64,000 nucleotides of DNA from positions 14,696,001 through 14,760,000 of the forward strand of contig NW_024704743.1 in assembly GCF_018977255.1 (NCBI RefSeq), given 5' to 3'. The stretch comes from Callorhinchus milii (Eukaryota). A program made the position numbers and the translations under genes. Under the pieces are notes generated by a model. That model saw only the letters and a list, made by a program, of their open reading frames with translations. It was not told the origin of the DNA and made no database searches. Shown one piece after another: positions 13,132 to 25,857 of this stretch (the first letter of the stretch is position 1; each line of letters opens with the position of its first letter).

Positions 13132-14413
13132 CTGAAGGAGAACGGTTGTGACTATCTCTGGGCTGTCTAGCTCTGTGCTTAAACAAGACTTAAAGGGTTA
13201 GTTTCAGGTTCTTGACATTTCTATGCTACACACTAAAGATTTATAATAGTCTTTGTATTTTTAATGCAACAGCGCAATATGCCGTTTAGCATTACGTTTT
13301 ACATTCACCAACTATGTGTATTTTCACATCACAAATATTTTACGTTATAGTATCTTTTAATGCTTTGTTTCTTTTATGAAAAACATTCACACACCACCGT
13401 TGTGCGTGAATGATGGGTTGCGCTGCAAATTATATTTTACAGCAAGTGAAGTAATCCCAAATACTGTAATAGTGTGAATAGATTCATACAAAAATTACCA
13501 AGGTCTGAATATTCATACTTTTTTTTCATAGGGGGAGGAAGAGAAGATGGGGAACCATTTGGACAATTTCTCTATTGATTGTGAAGTCAGTTGGTAGAAA
13601 GGTGAAAATTTCAGTTCGCAAATGTGAGTTGTAGTTCTTATTGGAGTCCTGTGGCTCAGTGGTTAGAGCACTTGCCTCACAAGCGAGAGGACCTGGGTTC
13701 AATTCCCGGGCAGGACGAAACGTTGGACAAATTTCCTTACTCCGCATGCCTCTGTTCACACTAGTAGTAGTAAGTAGGAACCTTATTGTTAGTTGCTTGG
13801 CGGATCACTTTTCCGAGGATAATAATCCCTTCAAAAAAATAAAAATAATTTGGTCACTCAATCCCTGACTGTTTGTGGGACACTGCTGTGCACAAATAGC
13901 TGCTGTGTTTGTTCCACAAAATATACAGTCAAAATATACTAACCCTGTGAAGCACTTTGAGGCAGCTTGAAGATGTGAGAAGTCGCTATATCAAATGCAA
14001 GTATTATGATTATTATATTTTATTTTCAAAGTTTCAATAAACATTGGTCATAAAAGAGGGAGGGTGCTGCTGGGCAAACTCCAACCTTAGTTACAACACC
14101 TTACATTTTCATAGCACCTGCCACATGAAATAACATCTCAAAATGTTGTCAAGCGTAGTGTTAGACACTGAGCAGAGAAATTAGAGATTCAAAGATGCTA
14201 ACCCATCTGTTTATAGCTTTTGACTGCAGGAAAAAGTACAAAATAATACAAACTTACACTTATATAGCATCTATCACCAAAGTGCCTGTACTATGTAACT
14301 AATGTTATATACAGTATTCGTAACACATTTCTTTTGTCCAGAAAGAAAAATGCTTGGTGTCTGGCACACCATCTTGTTGCCAGTTTGGCAAGATCCACAC
14401 TGTTATATCAGAA
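12989..14413. repeat. Long-range inverted repeat, arms 12989-13049 and 14353-14413
   Basis: 61-bp ungapped arms with 55/61 identity to each other's reverse complement. Confidence 0.92.
13643..14016 (+). mobile_element. tRNA-derived SINE, full length
   Basis: Head ggagtcctgtggctcagtggttagagca with A box, B box ggttcaattcc, L2-like 3' end gctatatcaaatgcaag and TTA-rich tail. Confidence 0.92.
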
Positions 14414-14486
14414 CAGATTGATTTGAGATACACAATTTTGCAGATCAATTCTGGTAAGTTTCCTTAAAAATATGGACCAAAAAAAT

Positions 14487-14658
14487 GGTCACTTCAATCC
14501 ATGACTGTTTGTGGGACACTGCTGTGCACAATTGGCTGCCGCGTTTCGCCCACAAAATATACAGTCAATTCACGTTACAGGCTATTCTGTGAAGTGCTTT
14601 GCGACATCTAGAAGTCGTGAAAAAGCGCTATATCAAATGCAAGGATTATTATTATTAT
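14487..14658 (+). mobile_element. SINE 3' half
   Basis: gactgtttgtgggacactgctgtgcacaattggctgccgcg...gcgctatatcaaatgcaagga(tta)n. Similar partial copies lie near 15150-15330, 15980-16088, 17380-17545, 20800-20897(-), 43723-43825(-), 51233-51360(-), 52529-52700(-) and 63930-64000. Confidence 0.9.
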
Positions 14659-16163
14659 AAGATTTCATTTTAGTTCCTTTCAATCCGTAGATTTTTCCAA
14701 CATTTCCACAACATTCCATGGTTAAAAGTGAAAACATCCGGGTTCAAATATAGTCACACTATCAAAAAAAACTAACTCTTGACAAAATAAAGAGTCATAT
14801 TTCTGAAGTGGCATCCTGTTTTTTTACTCGTAGACATTTTCTGTAATTAAATTAACGTGGCCATCCATTTCCATTGGAAAAAGAAGCATGAAAACATGCA
14901 AGACTATGTGAGTTCAAAGTCCCGATGAGCCCACAACCTTCTGACTCAAAGGTAAGAGCACTATAAACTGAGCCAGGCTGACATCTAAACCCTGGGTGCA
15001 ACATGTTTAAGCAGCTCAGGTAATTTGTTTCAAAGTTCACTGACCAAATGATTGACAAATAGGTCTGTGCTTTGGGTAGATGCTGTGTACGATGCTAAAA
15101 TGTTCACAGCACTAAACCAGGCCTTGAAGACCATCAAGTCTTAACGTTTAGCATTGTTAGTCGATTGGAGGATCACTTTTCCGGGGATGATAAACCCTTA
15201 AAAAAATTATAATTTGGTCACTCAATCCACAACTGTTTGTGGGACACTGCTGTGCACAATTGGCTGCCACGTTTCTCCCACAAAATATACAGTCACTACC
15301 CTTTACAGTATATTCTGAGATGTCTCGAAAACAAGAAGTGGTGGAATAAAAATCACTTTGGGTTCTGTAGCTGGTGTATTCTGTTTAGTAATAAGATCAT
15401 TTTATTTTATTTCAATTTCTCAGTTATTTGTGGAAATGAAGGAAGAGGAAAAAAGTACCGCTGAGGGCAATTTAAATTGATCCCGTCAAAATCATTATAT
15501 AAACAGGCTTCTCGGTGATACAAATATTAATATCACCCGATAACTCTGTCCATATAATATAATATATGTATATATATATATGCTCTCTATGACACTAACT
15601 GCACTTTTAAACAATCTTTCAAGAGTTCTGAAAAAAACTATTGCATTAATATAACACTGGCAATGTTAAAGACTCCAGGTTCCTTCAGATAGAGATTATA
15701 TATTCTCATGAGACCCAAGATCATTTCCCACTAAGACAGGGCTGACACTTCAGAAAATAAATTCACTTCTTCCACACAGTGGATTGCACTAACTTAATTT
15801 AAACTCATTTAATCTCTTCCAAGTAAAATTCTGCATAAAAACTTCCTGATTTCCAAAGATAAATCAAGCATAAATCCTAGCTTGCTAACTTCTGGAAACT
15901 GAGCAACACAGGAAATCTTGAATATCACATGAAATATTTCAATAACCATATCACAATCACCATTGCGAATTATGTCACTGCCCACAAAACATACAGTCAA
16001 TTCACTTTACGGTATATTCTGTGAAGTGATTTGAGACGTCTTGAAGACATGATAAGGCTCTGTATCAAATGCAAGGATTATTATTATTGGATAAAGTTCC
16101 TGTAAAGCTTTGGAATGTCTGCTAAGAGTCTGTTGTAGCATTCTCAGACGCTACCCTGCGGGT

Positions 16164-16188
16164 GGGGGGGGGGGGGGGGGGGGGGGGG
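16164..16188 (+). repeat. G25 homopolymer inside an L2 3' tail
   Basis: 25 consecutive G, flanked by ctcagacgctaccctgcg and gcactatataagtgcaagttgttg. Confidence 0.9.
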
Positions 16189-19100
16189 CGGAGGAGGCAC
16201 TATATAAGTGCAAGTTGTTGTTTTTGCCTTGAGATGAAGAATGAAGATGGGTGTTGTATTAGTTAGATTACCAATTACACGCATGATAAAATGGCCATTT
16301 GGCTGCATACTATAGTGCCTCTACCAACCAAAAGCAGTAGGAAGTTTCCCTAGTACCAATATGGCTGCCACTCCTGGAGAGACTGTTTGAACTCACAAAG
16401 GAATGCAAGTTGAGGGAGCAGAGACAGGCAAGACAGTTACTTTAGGTTTAGAGTTGTAAAGGGCAATTTCATGACAGATACCAGGAATCTTTTCTTTAGT
16501 TTTTTAAACCATGTTTTATACCGATTTGTTGCCCTATCAATCGATGCGCTGCATGATTTGGTTCCTCTATTTTACCTGCAAATCCTGAGACCTTTTGGGA
16601 GCTACCACTGTTCCCAAGTATTTAGCTCCCTCATTAACATCCCAGTTCATTCCCACTCTACTGTTTTCTGGTGGAATTTCCCTATAAATTCATATACTAT
16701 TTACTTTCAGAAGCCTAGAACAGTGCCCTCTAATGGAAGACCCAGGAATCACTCAATGAGCAGTATAATATTAAAATCCTCGAGACGTCTCAAAGCGCTT
16801 CACAGAATATACTTTAAAGTGAATTGACTGTATATTTTGTAGGCAAAATATTCCAATCCACTGGGGGGTGGGGCGGGGGAGCAAGCCACCCCCAGGCTGT
16901 GTCAGGTCGGCAGTCCCATTAAACATGTAGTCTTGTGGTCATTTTCTAAACCAAATGCCAAAAAATAATGTGAAAGTTAGCGAGAGTCACCAGTCTCACA
17001 GATTCCTGCATTCAATGTGTGTGTGTGGTGGAGGGGTTCTGAGCCCAGGAATTGTTTCTGGTCTCGGCCTGTGGAACCAGCCATTTGGCCTTTAGCATAT
17101 AACAAACTGCCGAGTCAGGGATAATCCTTCGATCTTATTATTTTGATCGTGAACCCGGAGGAAGACTTTGGGAGGAAGAGCTGTGGGAAAGCCTTAGTAG
17201 CGCCTTGGGATGTCCTCCCAACGTGAAAGGTGGTCTATAAATGTAATCTTGTTGTAGGTCCCTAATGAAGGGATCCAGGATTGAGGAAATTTCACCCTGA
17301 TTCAGCACCGACCGACCTCGCAGGCTGAGACCATGGGGGGAGGGGGGAAATCGGACTTGAAAATAAATAATAATAATAAGTCGGTCTATGACTGTTTGTG
17401 GTATACTACTGAGCACAATTGGTTGCTGCGTTTCGCCCACAAAAGACACAGTCACTACACTTTACAGTATATTCTGTGAAGTACTTTGAAACAGCTCGAA
17501 GTCGTGAAAAGGGGCTATATCAAATACAAGGATTATTATTATAATAATCTATTAGAAATTATATGAGTGGAATAATAAAACTTATTTATAATGTTACTAT
17601 AACTTGAACACAGCAAAGTTAGAGAACTTTAATGATTTAAACATATAACAGCAATTTTGCCTCAAAAAAATTTCAAACAATTAAATACTTGCAAATGCAA
17701 AATTATGAAAAATTTCAAACAAAAGAAATATAAAAACACTGTAGACCAAAGTCAAAATCTATTTAGCGCTTTGAGATCTGTACCAGCAATCTGAAATGGA
17801 GCCCAGACAGATTAAGACATTTTTGCAATACTCCACAAGAAAAGATAGGTTATCATCTATCAGAATTGTCTTCTTTCATTCTTTGAATAGAAGGAAAGAA
17901 CTTGCATTTTTGCAGACCATTATCACACTGAAACATACTTTATAGTTATTGCTGTCAAATGTTGTTTTTGTAGACAAAAGTGGCAGCAAATTCCCATAAA
18001 CAGCCAATGAGACAAATGATCGACTTATCAGAGGATTGCTGGCCAGTATATCACCACAAATTCCCTTTCTTTTCAAATGGTTCTTTTTATTGCCCTGAAC
18101 AAGCAGAGAGGTTTTCAGTTTAATATCTCATTTAAAGGGTGATATCATCAACAATGCAATGATTCCTCCATTATGTTACTGGAATGGCAGTTTGGATTAT
18201 GAGCTCAGATCCAAATGTTGGGATTGAACCATGCAAGACATTAATGATTAAAAAAAATTCCAATTGCTCATTTACAGAGTCTCTTTTCAGAGACGGCCTT
18301 ATCAATAGATTCCATGTCATACACATGAAACAAATAATTAAGTACTTTTAAGAAATATCATTCAGGTGTTGGATTAACTGTAAGGCATAACTATTTTTTG
18401 TGGAAATGGAAATAAGAATGCATCAAGTGGAGCAATTTTGGGTGGGTCTTCAGATCAACTCAATATACATTACAAATATGTTCTGGTTGGTTGGTTGACC
18501 AGCACCTGGATCTTACAGGCTGAAACTAATGTGATGAGCAATGCAATAACAAGATGGAGATACTCTGCCGCTCTGTTGCTTTGAATCTCACAAAGACCCT
18601 TCTACTGCACCTTTCCAGAATGTGTCCTGCATTCCCTCTCATTGTACTGCATCCAAGTAAGTTTGGTTATATTTGCAGAAGTCGCTCCTGGTTTCTTCCA
18701 GAGACAGAGTATTTGTGGTTCATTGACCACCACATGATTTCCTACAGCCTTTTGACTATGGTATAATGACTACAGTGGTTAGTTGTCATGAAACATCTGT
18801 CCATAATTTGAATCCTATTTCCCTAACTGATAAATCAAATTAACTGGATGGTTAAGAATTGCATAATGCCTCAAATTTTGTTCAAGGAGCAATAACTAGC
18901 ACTGTTGCAGGAGTTCTGCTCCAGATCTCTCCTCTGCAGTAGCAAAGCCCTAGGCACAGATGCAGGGACTAATAGCTAGCGTAAAAAGTCAGACCATGCT
19001 TACTCAATGTTTGAAGCCTACAAGGCTGCCATCCAGCATAAGATAGTTCAGTTCTGCATCAAGACCTCCTTTTTGACCACGCTTTTGTACATCTTCCCCC

Positions 19101-21049
19101 CGCCCAACCCCAGTTCGAGTGCAAACTTTGGACTGTCCAGAATCTTGTTTGCGTGTGTCTTTCCGATCTGAAGGGCACATATTTGTGTAAATTTGTATTG
19201 TAGAACAATGCACTCAAATATTCTTACTAATCGGATTAACCTAAACAACCATTCAACTCTAGAAAACAATCACATTTCACTTTGAAACACGAGAATACAA
19301 ATAAATCTATAAATTTCTAGTGAAGGCAGGGCAACAGGTAGAAAAGATTGATTGAGCCATGTATCTGATGTCACAACATCATGCTGTCACAAGGTGTTAA
19401 AAGGAAATAGCCTTCATGATTTTTCCCTGACTAAAATATACTTTGCGATAAAAAAGCCGGTATATGGAGGATTCCAAATAAAAAAAAACCTTCGGATCCA
19501 GTTTCAGGGAGACTGAATGTGAATATGAAGGAGAAATAGTGAATCACATTGTGAAAATCACATCTTCCTTACAAGATGTAAAGCATCGCTACAAGGTTTA
19601 AAAGTTGTTTTTCCAATCCACCAGGGAGGGATAATATTTCCTGCAGCAGTCCATCAAATGAGATATTAAACTCTGTTCCATCTCTGTTCAATATTTAAAA
19701 GTGAAGGGAGTTTTCCCCAGTGACCTGGTTAAGAACCCCCACCCCCCACCTAAAATTGGCTTTTTGTGAGTCTTTGCTGTGTGAAAATTAGCTGTTGCGT
19801 TCCCCCACAAAATACAGACGCTCCACAGTAAATTGTGAGACATGTTTTGATGACCAGATAAAGCAATATATCAAATGCAGGAATTATAATATTGAGCTTG
19901 CATGCAATGGATCAGATAGAAACATCGCAAACACAACGCATGAAGAAAGAAAATAAATGAAAACCTAAACCAAGAAACAAAAATTGGTTCCAATTTGGGA
20001 ATTTCCCAAATGATCTGCCTGCACCCTAGCGTGATTCAGATCATTCTGGGAGCAGCATTAGTGTAGACACTTAGCTATAATAGCTTCTTTAATTACAATG
20101 ACACTGAAGATCTATGTGAACATTTTTTGATTAGCACCCACCGGTCGTCTTGTTTACAGCTCAAACTACTTTTTCAAGCATGTAATGATGATCATTTCAA
20201 AATGTGTTCCATTCATCACCAAGGGCAATAATGTACTATAAATAACATACATGGAATAACTGATAGCAGGGAGTGATTACAAACCTACAATCTGACAGAG
20301 TTTAGATAAGGATAAATCACAAGAATGTTAGCAACTTATACCAAGAATAGATTACAACCTTGAAATAACTCCCTTTGATTCAGCGTAATAAACACAAAAC
20401 ACTTTGGCTTATTTGGTATTGCTTTATTTTGCCCATAACACTGTTTCTCAAAGCATGTGAGGAAAAGTATAATAGATTTTCTTTAAGTTACCAGCTCACA
20501 TACTTGTAGCGTACACATTTTATCTGAACGATATCTAACGTCAGAGCAAGGCTAACGTATGGAAATATTTCTTGTCTTCTGTGGCAGTGATAAAAATAGG
20601 TTTGGCAGAGGGGGTGGTAAATTTTATTTTGAGCTTATAGTTTTTGTGGTAACCTGACAGCTGACAGCAAACAGCATGAGGCTGTGAAGGGTAAAAGCCA
20701 ATGAGCCCATCTATCTTATACCATCTTTTGGGTGCAATTATCCAACCCACTTCCATTTCCCTCTTGTCTTGGTTCTAAAGCTTCTTATATAATAAAAATA
20801 TTCTTGCATTTGATATAGCACTTTTCACGTCTTCTAGACGTCTCAAAACGCTTCACAGAATAGACTGTAAAGTGAATTTACTGTATATTTGTGGGCTATT
20901 CTTTCTCGACTTCTAGTACAATTCAAAAATATTTATGCCAGTCTTCATATTACCCAGCACTACTGAAGGCACCACTAGTAAATGGTTGAAGTTTCACAGA
21001 TGGCTGCATTCCTTTGGTACCTCACTCAAGTAGTTATTTTTCATGGCCT

Positions 21050-21400
21050 GATGAATAGAGACACAGTACCAGGCATATAGACCCGAAGGCTTCAGGTTTG
21101 AGCCCTGGTCTGATTTGACTGATCTCAGCCAAAGTGCTACAGTGTGCCTTGGGGTTAGGGAGTGGAAACAAATCAGCCAGACTCCAGCAACAGATGGCTA
21201 ACCAGAAACTTCTACTAGACAATTCACGTGTATGAACATCGGATGAGGACAATGCACTTAACTTTGATGCCTTCCTCCTCCACTGATGAATAGCACATTA
21301 ACACTGCCATTTCAGCTGATAGATGAATGATGACTTTGGCCCAGTACCAGAGGACAACTATCACTTGTGCCACTGTATCCCAGAAGAAGGATTAAGAATG
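21050..21400 (+). mobile_element. Old SINE-like interspersed repeat (related relics near 35620-35755 and 36410-36555 on the minus strand)
   Basis: The three decayed segments share motifs such as ctgatctcagcc and ggggttagggag..aaatcagccag. The family is not named. Confidence 0.45.
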
Positions 21401-21789
21401 AAAAGACTTCAGGAGAGGAACAAACATTAGTGAGCAAAAAATCTAGACAGTGACCAGCAAAGAGAAGAGCATCACAGACAAGCCCAATCTTCTCCACTCA
21501 CAACATCCACATATGTACTTTATTGCACATAATATTGCAAACTGCAAATCATGTCCGCATTTGAGTTTCATGTCTCCAGTGAGAACAGTATTATACTCTT
21601 ATATATTCTTAAATACCCTGATATAAACCTGAATCACTTAGGTTTTGTACCATTTTATTTTTCATCTTTTGAATCCTTTCCAGTATCCAAGAGTACAATG
21701 GCCAAATTGGACAATATTTCCAAGCATAGTCTCAATATATTTGAATTGATGAGTTTATACAATTCGCCTTGAAGGTATCTTGGCCAACT

Positions 21790-22947
21790 ACTACCGAGCG
21801 GTTAGAGCCCGTGCCTCGCAAGCGAGATGACCTGAGTTTGATTCCCGGGCAGCTCGAAACATTAGGCAGGTTTCCATACACACTGGAGATGTATAAGTTT
21901 AGTATTTTTAATGCAAAAGCATAATATGCCATTCAGCATTAAGTTTTAAATTTACCAACTATGTGTATTTTCACATCACAAATATTTTACATTATAGTAT
22001 CTTTTAATGCTTTGTTTCTTTTATGAAAAACACTCACACACCACCATTGTGCAGAAATGTTGGGTGGCGCTGCAAATTATATTTTACAGCAAGCAATCCC
22101 AAATACTGTAACAGTGTGAATAATAATAATAATCCTCGCATTTGATATAACCCTTTTCACATCTTCTAGACGTCTCAAAGCGCTTCACAGAATATGCTGT
22201 AAAATGAATTGACTGTATATGTGGGCAAAACGCGGCAGCCAATTATGCACAGCAGTGTCCCACAAACAGTCGTGGATTGAAAACGACCAATTTATTATTG
22301 TTTTGGAGGGATTATTATTAGGTGTGTGGAGTAAGTAAACTTGCCCAAGGTTTAACCTTGCCTTATGTGGTGCACATCCACAGATATGAAGAGACATCAA
22401 GGGACCACGTTGTAAGAGGCACATGATCAAGATGCCTGCCTTGACGTTACTTCCTGCCCAAATGAAGTTAAGAACAACCATCTTTACTATGCTCCTACCT
22501 TACAATCCGGTTTACAACTTTAGAACTACAACACTTGCCACTCACAGCATATTTGCTTCTGCACCTCAATTTATAGCCATTCCAAATCTTCTTTTGCACA
22601 TGTATAAAGTCTACTTTGAGTGAAAAATGGTTCCTATGGACATGCAGACACACATACAGAGAATCCTGAGTGAGCACAAGGGTATGAGAGACAGTGTAAG
22701 TGGATGAGGTAATAGATAGAGGAAAGGACAAAATAATTTTTGTGAGAGATAAGAGTGAATTACATACTTGGAGATGTATGTGAAACTGAAAAAATATATT
22801 CATACAAAAATACAAGTAATCATACTTTTTTTCATAGGGGAGGAAGAGAAGATGGGGAACCATTTGGACAATTTCTCTATTGATTGTGAAGTCAGTTGGT
22901 AGAAAAGTGAAAATTTCAGTTCGCAAATATGAGCTGTAGTTCTTATT
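21790..22947 (+). repeat. Second copy of the segment at about 13225-13642, preceded by a SINE head and split by an insertion at about 22123-22796
   Basis: Long near-identical blocks, for example accaactatgtgtattttcacatcacaaatattttac and ggggaggaagagaagatggggaaccatttggacaatttctctattgattgtgaagtcagttggtagaaa. Confidence 0.9.
22121..22365 (-). mobile_element. SINE, head-truncated
   Basis: (aat)n followed by cctcgcatttgatata...cacagcagtgtcccacaaacagtc...aacttgcccaagg. Confidence 0.88.
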
Positions 22948-23260
22948 GGAGTCCTGTGACTCAGTGGTTAGAGCACTTTGCATGCCTCTGTTTACCTAAC
23001 AGTAACTAGGAACTCTGTTAGTCGATTGGTGGATCGGTTTTCCAGGGGCAATAATACCTTTTTAAAAAAATAATAGTTTTGTCACTTAATCCACAACCTT
23101 TTGTGGGACACCGCTGTGCGCAATTGGCTGCCACTTTTTTCCCCCACAAAATATACAGTCAATTCATTTTACAGTATATTCTGTAAAGTGCTGTGAGACG
23201 TCTCGAAGACGTGATAACTTGCTATAGCAAATGCAAGGATTATTATTATTATATTATTAT
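22948..23260 (+). mobile_element. SINE with a deletion in the tRNA-like head
   Basis: ggagtcctgtgactcagtggttagagcac joins directly to gcatgcctctgtttacc; (tta)n tail. Confidence 0.9.
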
Positions 23261-24915
23261 TACTGCAGCACTAAACAATTATTAAGTAATTATTATTAAA
23301 GTAATTATTATTACTGCAGCACATTTTGTTATTAATTACTACTCTCTTAATGGTAATTTTTATTTGCCATTCATCTGCTAAGTCGATATGTTACTGTAGT
23401 ATATATGTATCACTGTGCTTATTTCTTTAGACTTCTTTATTGCACAACACTTTGTACTATCTGCAAAAAATACTTGAAATAATAATATCTTTGCCAGGAT
23501 CATCATTTTGAACAGCTAGAGTGACAGGACGAATATCGGCAGGAAATTCTATTGGTCACAATATTGGTTGGTTACTACCATTCCCATTGAAAATAAATCT
23601 AGATAATTGAAAATAATTTACAACTTCAATTTGGACCTGATGTGTTTTTACTTTAGCCTTTACAGAACCTTATGAATATTTTCATAAAGTCTGGATAGCT
23701 ACTTTTCACTAAACCAGTTTAATTCTCAAAACGTTAATTCAATTGAAGCACAATGTGCTGATCGACAGAGATTTTCTCCAGTCTTCTTATTGCATCTATA
23801 ACAATATTTTCCCCAAAACATGGAGATGAAGTCCGGTTAAGTTTCACACGACAGTAGAAGGATGGGCTTGATGGGGCAAATGGCCTTTTCTAGCATCATA
23901 TTTTAGGTCTGATTTGAAGCTCAGTCACCCATAGTCATTTTAGGTCCATTTTTATTTGGTCAGCTGGGTGTCTGACACAAGGCTTAAATCCATCACCATG
24001 CTTAAGAGTATCCATATCAGACATAGTTCCACATATGTATGCCACCTATATATGGAATTTTTTCTGTGTCTGGAATGGAATGTGCACTCTCTTCCTGGAT
24101 GGACACATCCTGCTTACCTAATTCTGAAGAGTATTAGGATAGGTCGGCAAGAGCCAAAATATGCTGGGATACTGCTGTAAGTTAATCAACTAAAACCGCA
24201 TAGTTTACCATTGAAAGCAGTATCTACAAACTTTCCGTTGCATGTTCAGCTAGATAATCTGTCACCAGCCATATCCTGGAGTACTGTGGACCTGCCTGAC
24301 TGAGGAATGAGACTGCAAAGACTGCCACTGAGGGTTAACTTAACCCTAACATTTCATTGCCAAGCACAATCACCTTGGAGCCAGCTCAACTCCAAGAGCA
24401 GCCCTCTTATCTGATCTCCCCCCAGGATAGTCACAAGTTGCTCATTAGACATGTGCTATGATCAGCCCATAAAAAAAACATTTTTTTAGTCCTACTATTG
24501 CTCACTTTTTTTGTCAAATCTTAGTACAACTAGTTGGAATAAGTTTCACCAGCAAATGGTAATAAATCATGAGCAGCAAATTTACCTGCATTGCAGTTCA
24601 TGTTCGACATAAATATGGCATGAAATGTACAATTTAAGGATGACCTGGATAATAGTGACCTATGCTGTCTCGAGTCCAAAAATAGCTACATTCTGCTGAA
24701 AAACTTGATATAACCTGGGCAAAACTATATTAAAATGCATCCTTATATGGATATTTAACCAACTTTTATAAAGATGCTGACTTTACATTTTAGTAATCAG
24801 ACCAACCCAATTGAAGCTTTTTGTGTAAATTAATTGAGGCAGGAAAGCAGACGAAGTAGTGACCGGCGAGAGGGCTGAGGGCTCGGGTTCCAGGTGAGGA
24901 GGTCCCAGGTGCCGA

Positions 24916-24979
24916 GCCGCCATTTTAAAATCTCCCGCCAGGAACAACGGCCCAAACCAGTTGTGTGACGTCACTTCCT
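24916..24979 (-). promoter_or_regulatory. ETS-CRE composite site and YY1 site in a CpG-rich patch
   Basis: Minus strand AGGAAGTGACGTCAC (24965-24979) and AAAATGGCGGC (24916-24926). Confidence 0.4.
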
Positions 24980-25159
24980 TGCGCCTTTTTCAAACCTTCA
25001 CACCTAAGTATTCGTTCCCCATTTCTATTCACCTCTTCCGTGTGCTCCTCCTTTACAACCATCTCCCTCCCTCTCTGGCTTTGCTCCAGACAAAGTGAGT
25101 GCCATCCCCTCCGTCTCCCCTCTGTGCTGTCTCCCCTAACCCTAGCGGATCTAAACTCC

Positions 25160-25857
25160 CTCAGGCACACCAAACCAGTCCGAAACCGAGGTGTCCGGTT
25201 CGACCCCCAGCTGTCCTTCCTCCCCCACATCCGGTCCCTGACCAGGACCGCCTTTCTCCACCTCCGCCACATTGCCTGCCCTAAATGCAGCCCAAACCGT
25301 CATGCATGCGTTTGTCACCTCCCACCTGGATTACTCCAATGCACTCCTCGTCGGTCTCCCCAGCTCCACTATTCAAAAGATCCAGCTCATTCAAAACTCT
25401 GCTGCCCGGATACTGACCCGGACCAAACTCCGTACCCACATCTCACCAGTTCTGGCCAGGCTCCACTGGCTCCCCATCACCAATCGGATCAACTTCAAGA
25501 TCCTCACAATCATGTTCAAATCCATTCACTCCCTGGCACCTCCCTACCTCTTCAACCTCCTCACTCCCCAATCCACCACCCGGCGCCTCCGCTCGACTGG
25601 CACCAGCTTCCTGCTCATCCCTCGCACCCTCCGCCCCACCATCAGAGGTCGCGCTTTCAGCCACTACGCCCCAAATCTCTGGAACACTCTCGCTTAATCC
25701 CTCCGCCCTGTCCCCTCGCTCCTTTCTTTCAAGTCCCATCTGAAGACTTTCCTCTTCAACAGTGCTAACGGCCACCTCCCCCCCTATCCCTATCCACCAC
25801 TGTTAAGCGCTCTGAGACTGCGTGGAGGGCACTATATAAGTGCAAGTTGTTGTTGTA
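25160..25857 (+). mobile_element. L2 LINE 3' fragment with (GTT)n tail
   Basis: HAFVTSHLDYSNALL..IQLIQNSAARILT..LARLHWLPI..RINFKIL; tail gcactatataagtgcaagttgttgttg. Confidence 0.94.

Noticed and set aside
12931..14413. Identification as the ADAR2 auto-editing duplex or a glutamate-receptor Q/R site
   Set aside because: The arm spacing is similar, but I recognise no ADARB1 or GRIA/GRIK coding sequence nearby.
18600..18670. Minus-strand GHILERC, resembling a LINE CCHC knuckle
   Set aside because: Too short and degenerate to support a call.
23253..23322. 19-bp direct repeat at the SINE tail
   Set aside because: Best explained as local slippage in the TTA-rich tail.
24965..25768. Longest ORF (267 aa) and other ORFs over 130 aa as host genes
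   Set aside because: They are shifted or antisense frames of C-rich L2 or CR1 fragments.
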